Shown: positions 1-9,429 of the stretch, in pieces
Position numbering within the stretch: position 1 is the first letter of the stretch
Layout of the letters: every line of letters starts with the position of its first letter
Assembly (NCBI RefSeq): GCF_000143415.4
Contig: NW_003314566.1
Span: 1-12,104 of the forward strand
Length of the DNA stretch: 12,104 nt
DNA from: Selaginella moellendorffii
Lineage: Eukaryota; Plantae; Lycopodiophyta
Direction of reading: 5' to 3'
The notes under the pieces: generated by a model
The model's input: the letters and a program-made list of their open reading frames with translations, nothing else
What the model was told of the DNA's origin: nothing
Databases searched by the model: none
Made by a program: the position numbers and the translations under genes

Positions 1-8
1 GTATTTGA

Positions 9-645
9 GAATTTCATGCACAACCACCTAGTGAGCTAAAAATATTTAACAAATCAAGCATAGAAATGGATGAAATTAGGGAAGTTCAACCACTTTTGAA
101 TGATTATGAAAGATTTTTTGTTAAAAAGATCAAATTAATATTAAGGCAAAAAGTTTCAAAGTAAATACTAAACATTATGTGTTTTTTTTCTTTTTTTGTT
201 ACTTTTAATATACAAACTTCATGCAGGGTTTATTGGGTTTTTAATTCAACCATGTTTTCCCCATAATGTAAATTAGATGAAGTGATCTAGACACTAAGCA
301 ATTTATGCATGAGGTACAAAGTGATCAGCTAATAAGAACAGGTAAAAAATACTTCTTCATTTTACTTTTATTGTTTATTCTACTATTTTATTAAGAAGAA
401 TGGCTTGAAGTCATGCTTGATTTAAGGAGCTATATAGGTTAAAGTTAAGTGATTATATCTATGGGCTGTATGCCATTGGCATTCCAGTAAGTTTTTTTGA
501 GAACATTGTAAGTCAAGGTTATAATAGTGAAGATTTGTTTAAGTTTGAGCTTAGGAAGGTTTTAGAGCTCAACACATATGATAGAGATGCAATGAATATA
601 TGTAGAGTGGAAGAATTTTGTAATTTTGAAGAATTTTGTAGGTAA
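9..645 (+). pseudogene. Exon-like relics of an unidentified AT-rich multi-exon gene
   Basis: Stop-free frames 9-160 (EFHAQPPSELKIFNKSS..LRQKVS) and 421-642 (FKELYRLKLSDYIYGLYAIG..EEFCR) lie in very AT-rich DNA. Each ends at a GTAAA donor, with T-rich intron-like spacers at 161-227 and 342-395. No family recognised. Confidence 0.3.
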
Positions 646-2589
646 AAACTAGTTTTTACTCACTTCTAAATTAATAGTACAAAGAGTGACTCTTGAAAAG
701 TCTCTCTCTTATAAAAGGTAATTGTCTATTAGTGCCACTAATCATGATACTCCTAGTCAAGCATCACTCAAGTGTCATACAAAACTAAGCAAAAAGGTAT
801 AACAAAATTTTAGCACACATCTAACTATAAACCCAGCTCATTAAATGTATATATAGTTAAATATTGAATGACCATTTCTACTATATTGTTAAGCAAAATA
901 TCATAGACAAACTCATTAGTCTTTAATAACATCTAAAGAAAGTGAAGCAAATGGTATAAAAAGTACATTGAGCACTTATTTGATGAAGTTATAGTGCAAT
1001 TTACATTGTAGGATTTGAGAATCATAAAATCAAATATTATGTTTTTTAAAATAATTAACTCAACAACTGTTATAAAGTTTTGTTTTAATTGTGTCATTTG
1101 CACTAGAAAAAGTTCTTGTGCAATATGAAGCAGCATATAGAATATCCTTATAGAATTTTAAAAATTTTCTATAATATATTTATTGAATTAAAATTGTTTG
1201 ATGGTTTGTATGTGCAATTCTGTAACAAAGTGACTGCATTCAAGTTTCAGATTTTATAATTTTATTCATTACTAAAAATCAAGGCATAAACATTTTAAGC
1301 CCCAACTTATAATTGAATGTCATAAATCAACAATTCTCCCAACTTAGGGAATGCCTTTAAATTCAAGCATTTTTAGAAAGTTTGAACTTTCAACTTTCAA
1401 AGGAGATGGCCCTCTTGATAAAAATCAAAATTGACTACTACTTATTCACTGCCAAAGGAGTCTAGGCCAACTAACTTGGAAATGAAAAAACAATTAATGG
1501 AAAATTTTTTATTTAGGATGGTGGAAATTTATGTTAAGAATGAAAAAAAAGAAAATTTATTGCTAGTAAGAATGCTAGAATGGTTTGTTTGAAGTTATAA
1601 AACCTAAAATATTATATTGAAAACATGTGGTTTTATATAGTAAATTGGTTTTTTATGTTGAATTTTTATAAACTCATTTTAATGTGTTTTATGGATTTTA
1701 TCTTCTAGTGTTTCTTTTAAAGGGCCCTTGTATGAAAGAATGCTCATCCACACTTAAAGTCTCATTCATATCTTTTTCAATGAGATTAAAATCGGTCCAA
1801 AATCTTTATGCATAAGTCTAGGCTGACTAAATTGCTTTACAATCCAATGTAAATGTCATAGACTGTATCACCTCATATGTTCATACAAAGCTCTACAACC
1901 ACAATGTAATGGGATGATGGTATATTATAATCAATAACTTGTTAAAACCACTGGGCATGCCACACTAGATCAATGATTTGCAATGCTAAACAAACATTAT
2001 GATCCCAAACCTTTATCCCAACCCACCTCAAAATGCCATATGCATCCATCATTCCCTAGTTGCTTCCTACATATTCCAAAGGCAATTAGCTCCCACAACT
2101 TTGCTGTTATGTCTAGTGGTTGCTTCATAAAAAATACCCCATGCCAACCAACCCCCCTCAAAATATTGTGAAGTTTTGATGCTCTGGTCACAAAGTACAG
2201 ATTGTCACACGAACCAAAGTAACTTCTTCCATTGTCAATCCATTTTTCATGGCAAAGAAAGGAACATCTTTGCTATCTCCACTTGCTTCACTATCATCAC
2301 TAGACTCATTGTCCCAAGTGGTAAGTGCTCTCTTCTCTTCCCGAGGAACCTAAACTAATCCTAGATGTACTTTTACTGTTGTTGATGTTGTCTGCTGCTA
2401 TGGTCTTCTGCCACCACCACTGCTGCTGCTGCTGATCTTTTAATACTGCTGCAGCTGCATGTCAATGCTGCCCAGCCATAAGGACTGCTGCCCCTGCTCC
2501 ATTTGCTCCAAGTCCCACCGCCCACTGTTGGCACTGCCATGGATGGCATTGTTTTGTGCTGAAGTGAGCAAGTGGCAATGCGAGCAGCT

Positions 2590-2598
2590 AAACCCTAA
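2590..2598 (+). promoter_or_regulatory. Telo-box (AAACCCTAA) in a decayed GC-rich stretch
   Basis: Exact AAACCCTAA near (CCA)n/(CTG)n runs at 2410-2433, which look like a deaminated (CCG)n gene 5' region. Confidence 0.35.
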
Positions 2599-4079
2599 GA
2601 TGAATCTGGCTTGTCGCTGTCTACTATGGCATAGTGCTCAGATGCTGAGTTGTCCTAAGTGGTTAGGTATGAAGGGCAACATAAAAAAGAGAGTATATCT
2701 ACTCATATGCTAGATTGCATTTACCTTATTTTTGGTTTGCATAAGCAATACCTAGAATATACTTAGATATTAAATAGTAGAATATCCCATAATATTCATC
2801 TAGAATAATCTTGTCTTTTCCTAAACAGTTAATACTCTAGTTTATAAATTCTCTTGGTGATTATTATTTACACACTTCTGGTCTCGCAGAAGTTTTATTC
2901 TACAGCCATGCTAAAGAATCTACATTAATTCTTGCAAAACATGTTGGGAATTGTGTTGGCTGCCACCACATTTTCTGTCTTGGTAAGGTGGCTTTGATAC
3001 TTTCCAACTTGACTGTGGGTTTTTGTGTGCCTACTTCAAAGATGGATTTTCTAGGTCAAATGTCCAGAAAACCCATGAGAATGCTGGCAAAGTTGCATCA
3101 GAACAGTTATCCTTTGGCAAAGACAAACAAGACAGCATCCTATCAAGGTTCCATTTTAATTTTCAAGCATCTGAGAAAGTTTTTTAGTTTCTGTTAGCTG
3201 CAAGCTGCAAAATTTTAACTTGGAAGTAAGGACTATGTTTTCAAGAACAAAAGCTAGGTTTTTTTTTCTTTGTTTGATGATGTATGGCCTCTTGGCTCAT
3301 TTTCCCCTGGTGGCTGAGTGTTCTTTTGCTCAGGCAATGGTCAATTGAGATCTTTGAGCTCGCCTCCAATGGAACTTTGGACATGGGAGATAATAGTTCT
3401 ATTCTCTGTTCCCTGTGCTCTTTGATCTGGGGCTAAGTTCTCTATACTTTCTTATTGTCAGACCTGGGAGACTGTCACTATGGAGCCAAAAAGCACAGAC
3501 TTTTTTGCAACTTGGATGCTTTAGGCATGAATAGAGCGAGTATGAAGGCTAGATAACTGTGGTTATCCATGCAATGGAAGCTTCCCCATAAGATCACAGA
3601 TGAAGTAATACTTTTGGAGCTCTGAAGTACTTGCTTAGTTTTTCTTTGTTCAGGTGGACTCACATATATAGGTGTTTGGAATTTATCACGGGCTTGCAGT
3701 CATGTGGAAGAACATGCACAAGTGTCATTTACAGCCACAACTTATTACTTGCATTAGTAAGTACATAATATTCTTGAATGGTACCTTCTTTTGCAGGTGA
3801 ACTATGGAATTCATGACAGTTGACCACTGGGATAAAGTGCTGGGTTTCAAAGCCCATAAACTCTGAATAACATATGATATTTCCATGGGGTTCCTTGAAG
3901 GTAGTGAAGAAAGCTGTAAAATTCAGGTTTGTCAGCCTCGAAATGTTGGTAATCTCATTGCAAGCATTAGGTTTAGGGAGACTATATTAATATGGAAAGA
4001 ACGCAGAGTGGTGGTCAAAGGGTACTCTCAAATCTTCTCACACTAAGAACACAAGATAAGCAAAGCTGGGCTTTGAAAA

Positions 4080-4508
4080 TTATGATACCTTTGCATCTTG
4101 GAGTGGATACCTCTCATGGAAGATATAAAAGATGGCAGTGGAATGTAGAGTTTGACTTGAGTCTTGGAAGTATAGTCTTAAGAAGACTGAACTATATCTA
4201 TAGGCTCTTGACATGATCTTCGCGTGGACCATAAGTAGCACAAAGCAGAGTAAAAAGAAATAACGAAAACGAACTTTTATCTCACGCAAACTGGCTTTGA
4301 TCGGTGTAGGAGCTATGACCACACCTGGAGATTCATGTTGGCACAAACTAACCAAGATATGAAAGCCATGCCTCTCGCTTAGGACCTTTGCTGGACTACA
4401 ATAGCTCCTAAACGAAATCGTTGTGTCTGCCTGAGAATACTGACAACCCTGTTGATACTGTCGCCACAGTGCTTTCTCTGGAAAACTTCGAAGACTAATC
4501 ATCGCCAT
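4080..4508 (-). other. Possible 5' exons of an unidentified, probably decayed neighbouring gene
   Basis: An ATG lies 8 nt after the PMT stop. The N-terminus is S/R-rich, and there is a T-rich 57-nt GT..AG segment (4274-4218) and a donor-like AG|GTATCC near 4110. No homology recognised. Confidence 0.25.
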
Positions 4509-4516
4509 ACTCTACC

Positions 4517-6279
4517 TTACACATCGACGATCCAGAACTTCTTAGAGCATATAAGAAGCTGCTCATCTTTTTCAAGAATGCGATGGACTCAGGCCAACGC
4601 ACTACACCGCACGTGAGGAATCTTGAAAGATTGCAAGAGCCTGTGTCATAGTAGCTAGAATCAACTCTCAGAAGTCAAATGAGAAAATTTACATTTGGTC
4701 TCAGCAGCCGATCCATTTCCAGCATTATATCTTCGATCTGGCACCCTTTTCTCCCTGGATAGAGGGACGTCATGCGATATGCGTGCAACAAGTCGTAGCT
4801 CCTCAGGTAGCTCGAAATGCTTTCGCACCTGTGGATGCAAAAAATGAGAAGAAAGCCAAGTGAATATGAGCAAGCCTATGTACCAGGTATGCAAGTTGCC
4901 TACGAGGCCTCGACCATACACGACGTTAAGAGTGTTGCTAGATTCAGTTGGAACCACGTTCATGATCCACACGGGCTTGTTCTGTAGTAACAAGGCAGCA
5001 GCAAAGCCTCCGTAGCCAGCATTCATATCCATAACGTTCCGAATGGAATTTTCGGATACATTAAGCAGCTTCCAATAGTCTCCAACTTTGCCTTCCCAGA
5101 GAGATGTGTCTTCTTTGAAAGAAGATGAGCTGATACCTGTGCAAAAGAAATCCCGTTACCACATACTAGAGTACATAGCAAAGTTACCGAGCTGGTTTGA
5201 GTAAGTTGTAAGCCGCTCCAGCCATGAAGGAACATCGACGAAATTGGCAATCATTGTCCTCAGACAAGGCAATGCAGTCGTCCAATGGCTTGTTCCACGA
5301 GTTGTCTAGAAACTCCTTGCTTTGGTTAGTGCACAGCTTGGACTTGGCGAGCTGACAGGACCTGGCGGTCTTTCTCCAAACCGCAGTCTGGATGTGCCGT
5401 GCGATCACCTTCCAGCAAAGAGATTCTGTAATGTTGGTCAGGATGTTCCAAACTTCAGGGAAATCCTTGTCTTTGCGATAAGCTGGAGGTGCAGAATAGA
5501 TGAGGTCTTAAAATCCAGTCCATTTCCCTGAGCAAAATACCCCCTGCAGATTCACGAGAAAGGAAATTTTTATATCATGTGCGAGATTCCAACTAATGCT
5601 TACCATCTTCGTGCCAATCGACGTGACAGCGGGAACAGTGAACAGCATCGAAGGATCTGGAAGGATACGGCAAGCACTTGGTTCCAAGCGCTGCAACAAG
5701 AGCCGGTACTCCTCGTTCCAGAGCGAACTGGATCTGATTCTCGTGCGAGTCAAGCGGCACGAACGACATGGTCTGGATGTCGAGGTTGAAGAGATAAGCT
5801 GCAAAGCTTGCAACTCTTCAGCCAATGTCCAAACCTCGAGCCACTCCAGCAGTCTGTAAATCTCCCTTCCAATCCGTGGTCATGTTTCCTAGCCTGTCTA
5901 CACGAAGTTGATGGATCAATGGATCAAAAGAGAGAAGAAAAGTGTTACCTCTGGATGTACTCAGGAGCTCCATGCTTGAAATGTGTCCCTCCTCCCGGAA
6001 ACCACATGGAGCCTTTAATGTGGACCCAGTTCTGGCCACCTTTCACTTTGGCTAGCTGGGTGTGGTTTACGTTGCTCCTCCACATATGGGGCCACCCGAT
6101 GGGAAGTTTGTTGGACTTTGGTGAAGGAATAAGGCAGAAAGGATGCTGGTTTGGTGGGGGTATTGTCGCTCCAACTGCTCCCTTCTCAAGAGATTGAGCT
6201 TGTTGGAGATGGAAGCAATGTAGTTTGCATGGTGGCATGGGATGTAGAGGTTGACTCCATCAGAATGTTGAAATAGCAT
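4517..6279 (-). pseudogene. Pseudogene of a putative SAM-dependent methyltransferase, PMT6/PMT7-like (DUF248/Methyltransf_29 family)
   Basis: Exons are about 6279-5949, 5893-5604, 5543-5188, 5136-4884, 4828-4693 and 4640-4517, separated by GT-AG introns of 55, 60, 51, 55 and 52 nt. Motifs: [142 protein letters not shown]. Lesions: TGA at 5818-20, frameshifts near 6158, 5502 and 5249, and stops plus a deletion in the last exon. The N-terminal membrane anchor is not recognisable. Confidence 0.93.
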
Positions 6280-8081
6280 TTGGCTCCATTTTGAGAGTTG
6301 GTTCTAGTGTTGGGATGATGGATGCTTTAGCACTAATTTAATGTTGCTCCATACTCTTGCTCCTCTGCTTTTTGGGTTGTATGTTTGGGAGTCATTATGT
6401 GCTTTAATTCCTTAGCTAGGAGTTTGATTTCATCCCTTTATTCAGTAAGACAAATTTTTGCTCCATTAGCTTTGGCCCATGTGTCCAAGGGATAAAGTGG
6501 TAAAACACCAAAGGATAAAGGGTGAAAACTATATGCACCTACATATCCCTTGAGCTTCCTAATATACTTGGATAGTTGTATGTTTGAAGCTTGGCTTTTT
6601 GAGTTGTAAAACACACAAATTGCCGTATTGTACTTTAAAGTGCCCATCCATGATTGTTGCGAATGTGACTACAAGTATTAAATCCTTACTACCATGATAG
6701 TAAGAGGTTGGTATTGCTAGATCCTTTTTTAGTTTCCACCCAAGCTAGTTGAGAAATTGGTCATCATATATATACTTATGCTGGATAAACATAAGGTAGG
6801 AACTCCTATGTGTTTCTTGCTAAGCATACTCAGTCCGGTAAGAGAAACTCATATGTTAACTTGCATTTGTTAATGTTAGGACCCCTACAATATTGAGCTT
6901 GCTTCCTCAATATTTGCCAAATGATAATTTATCGTGTCTACCAAACACCTTTGCTATCATGCACTTTGTGTTAGTCCCATTTTGTCCTAATTACTATTTA
7001 TGGAAAGTGTCTAGATTTGTTAATTTGGCATATCTACAAAATGTGGTGTTAATCTCGTATCCAAATTCACAATCTAACATCATTCCATATTTAGTAAGTT
7101 TCAAGCTTGTTCCAGAGACTAACTCCAGAGTGATTAAGAGTGAAAAGCCAAAGCATATGTTCCTCAAGGCAGGGGGCTATAGGGGTTTCAAATGTATAAT
7201 AGAGATAGTGGGTAGGTCGGGTATGGCTGACCAACTTGTAATATAATCTAGCTCTTGCTTGCGTGCCTGTCTTTATTTTATATTTGGCTTGGGTTTAAGT
7301 CTAAGTTCCACACCATACTTGCTAGTAGTGGAGTACCCATATCCTCACATTAGGCCACCAATATGCTAAAATAATGCTAAACTCTGTTTAACTCTGTTTT
7401 GCATGTTGATCCTAGCATTGGAATGCTAGATGCTCTTGGACTATTCCAAGTCGGTATGTACTTTTGTCCCTTCACTCCTTAGGCTGTATACTTAGAAGTT
7501 ATTATGTGCTCCAATGCCGTTGCTCTTTGGCTCCATGCTTGGGAGTTTAGCTTTATTTCTTCATTCAGTGGCCCAAGGCTCTGAAACTCGAGTTTTGCTC
7601 CACTGTTCTTGGACACGTGACTGTAAGCCACAAATTTTTCCTTTCCAATTTGCCAGCTTACCTTGTCTATCCGTCCAACACTGCCTTGGCTTTTGCTAAG
7701 TTCCCTCGCCAAGGTTCCCGCCTATGGTACCAGCTCCTATTTGGTCCTACTTGGTTTCAGCTACTCACTGCACGAGCAACGGACTGTTAGCCATCCATCC
7801 ACGGATTCCCAATCTCTCCCAATCCCCCTCCCCGGGTTAGACTGGACTTAAGGTTCGGTTACATTCCCCGCAAGCACAAGTAGCCAAGCACACCAAGCTT
7901 CCAGGTTCCTAACATCCCTTGGTACCACAAGACTTGATCATGGGACCCTCTAAATCCCAAGTCTTGGGTGCAACACTTGCTTTGGTACGCCGGAGCGAAA
8001 CACCGTGGCCTAACGGCCCGGTATGGGTACCTCTACCCCCCCACTTCCATCCTGAAGGGAAGGTCCAAGCCCCTAGAAAGG

Positions 8082-8276
8082 TCTAAACAACCAAAGGGAA
8101 CGATTCGAGAGACAATCCATAGGGGTTCAAATATAGAGGGAAAGGGCCCATGAACAAGAGTGCACCCCCTTTTCCAATTAGTTAAGGGTCTTGGGATACT
8201 TGGGGTTAAGCGTCTTTGGGTTTGAATAGTATTGGGCTGGGTGACCTCCCGGGAAGTCCAAATTCAGGAGCTTACA
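8082..8276 (+). repeat. Cassandra 5' LTR
   Basis: TCTAAACAACC...GGAGCTTACA; direct repeat of 8482-8676 at an offset of exactly 400 nt; the 5' TG is mutated to TC. Confidence 0.93.
8205..8259 (+). promoter_or_regulatory. 5S rRNA-derived Pol III internal control region (A-box/IE/C-box) in the 5' LTR
   Basis: GTTAAGCGTCTTTGGGTTTGAATAGTATTGGGCTGGGTGACCTCCCGGGAAGTCC aligns without gaps to the plant 5S segment GTTAAGCGTGCTTGGGCGAGAGTAGTACTAGGATGGGTGACCTCCTGGGAAGTCC, recalled from memory (about 45/55). Confidence 0.9.
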
Positions 8277-8278
8277 TT

Positions 8279-8289
8279 TGGTATCAGAG
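8279..8289 (+). other. Primer binding site complementary to the 3' end of initiator tRNA-Met
   Basis: TGGTATCAGAG, 2 nt after the CA of the 5' LTR; the canonical plant PBS is TGGTATCAGAGC. Confidence 0.93.
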
Positions 8290-8481
8290 GGGTCTTGGGT
8301 TCGACTCTATTGGTTGGCTAGGGGAATCACACCACATGTTGATTGACATCTGGCTAGTCCAATTTGCTCCCGCTGGGCTCGACCCGAGGGGTAGGGTGTC
8401 AAGAGAGCGGGGCTCTCAGGAGAGCTGCGGCTCTCAGCTTCCATTCACGAGGGCGTGAACTTGCAGGGAAGCATGGTGGAT

Positions 8482-8676
8482 TGTAAGCAACCAAAGGGAA
8501 CGATTTGAGAGACGATCCCTAAGGGTTCAAATATAGAGGGAAAGAGCCTATGAACAAGAGTGCACCCCCTTTTCCAATTGGTTAAGGGTCTTGGGATACT
8601 TGGGGTTAAGCGTCTTTGGGTTTGAATAGTACTGGGCTGGGTGACCTCCCGGGAAGTCCAAATTCAGGAGCTTACA
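8482..8676 (+). repeat. Cassandra 3' LTR
   Basis: TGTAAGC...GCTTACA, a perfect 7-bp terminal inverted repeat. Confidence 0.95.
8605..8659 (+). promoter_or_regulatory. 5S rRNA-derived Pol III internal control region in the 3' LTR
   Basis: Second copy, about 46/55 matches to the recalled plant 5S segment; retains TAGTACT. Confidence 0.9.
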
Positions 8677-8943
8677 GAAGGGCGAGGACCAATGAGCCGC
8701 ATGGTACTCAAATGGGGCACCACTCCACATGAGTCGGGAGCACTGCAATCGGTTTCCCTTTCGGGAGTGGGAGCTACTCTTGAGCACTTCCTTGGATGGC
8801 CCCTTTGGCACCAACCAAGTCCATGATCACTCCCACCCAAGGCCCCTCAGTCCCAGTCCCAACCTCAAGTCAGTTTGGAAGCCCCACTTGAGAGTTCCTT
8901 CAAAATTGGTTCCTCCCTATTATACTTTTGGAACCCCCTGCAG

Positions 8944-8963
8944 CCCCCCCCCCCCCCCCCCCC
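8944..8963. repeat. C20 homopolymer (G20 on the retrotransposon sense strand)
   Basis: Direct count of 20 consecutive C; a C5 run lies nearby at 8934-8938. Confidence 0.95.
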
Positions 8964-9025
8964 TGGGAGACGCACGCTTTGGGCTTTCACCCCTTGACCC
9001 GTATTAGTATTTGGACTTAGTCTTT

Positions 9026-9283
9026 GGCTCGATCTCGGACCCGATCTCGGATCCGACTTCGGATTCGGTCTCAGACTCGATCCCGGACTCGATCTTGAAA
9101 CCGACCTCGGACTTGGTCTCGGACCCGATTTCGGATCTCAGACTCCGTCTCAAACTCGGTCTCGAACTCGGTTTCGAACTCGTTCTTGAACTCGGTCTCT
9201 GAGTCGGCCTCGGACTCGATTCCAGACTTTATCTCAAACTCGGTCTTAGAGTCGGTTTTGGACTCGATCTTAGACTCAGTCTT
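9026..9283. repeat. Degenerate 12-bp (2x6) tandem array, consensus about CTCGGACTCGRT, roughly 21 units
   Basis: ..ctcggacccgat ctcggatccgac ttcggattcggt ctcagactcgat cccggactcgat.. This array explains the low-complexity ORFs 9011..9202 and 9071..9313. Confidence 0.9.
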
Positions 9284-9406
9284 ATCTGATGAACTCTTTA
9301 TCATTTTGGTCATGCTTTCGGGGATCCTTTAGCCTACGACACCTCGGCGAGTTGGTTCCTTACAACTCCACCACCCATAGAAGAAGTTCGATGCCCACAT
9401 CGAATG

Positions 9407-9429
9407 TTTATTTTTATTTTTATTTTTTA
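9407..9429 (-). terminator. (TAAAAA)n microsatellite giving tandem AATAAA motifs; candidate polyadenylation signal for minus-strand transcripts
   Basis: The minus strand reads ATAAAAAATAAAAATAAAAATAAA, downstream of the pol stop. Confidence 0.35.

Larger units (their letters stand above)
8082..8676 (+). mobile_element. Cassandra-type TRIM (non-autonomous LTR retrotransposon with 5S rRNA-derived LTRs), complete, 595 bp
   Basis: Two 195-bp direct repeats (8082-8276, 8482-8676; 10 mismatches, no indels) end TG(TC)..CA. PBS TGGTATCAGAG at 8279-8289. Purine-rich tract at 8465-8480. Non-coding 205-bp core. TSD-like AAAGG (8077-81) / GAAGG (8677-81). Each LTR has a 5S internal-promoter segment. Confidence 0.93.

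Noticed and set aside
3570-3630. Minus-strand YFRAPKVLLH resembling kinase subdomain VIII
   Set aside because: No flanking kinase motifs, and a stop follows almost immediately; probably chance.
5818-5820. In-frame TGA at the conserved Cys of the SAM-binding motif (LDIG*R instead of LDIGCG) as possible selenocysteine or readthrough
   Set aside because: Land plants lack the Sec machinery, the next Gly is also mutated, and the gene has several frameshifts. It is an ordinary nonsense mutation.
5322-6197. Plus-strand ORFs overlapping the PMT pseudogene (and likewise 10485-11922 overlapping pol)
   Set aside because: Antisense shadows of coding sequence with no independent motifs.
6874-7914. Solo LTR
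   Set aside because: The flanks GTTAA and TCCCT do not form a target-site duplication.
8205-8259. Functional 5S rRNA genes
   Set aside because: Only the internal 55 nt or so matches, the 5' part of 5S is absent, and the segment sits inside LTRs.
9026-9283. CRISPR-like array or real repetitive protein (ORFs 9011..9202 and 9071..9313)
   Set aside because: No unique spacers, eukaryotic context, and the ORFs are by-products of a stop-poor repeat with a register shift.
9235-9320. CTGATGA at about 9285 as a hammerhead ribozyme core (retrozyme)
   Set aside because: There is no correctly placed GAAA or stems I/II on the same strand. The apparent stem comes from the tandem array.
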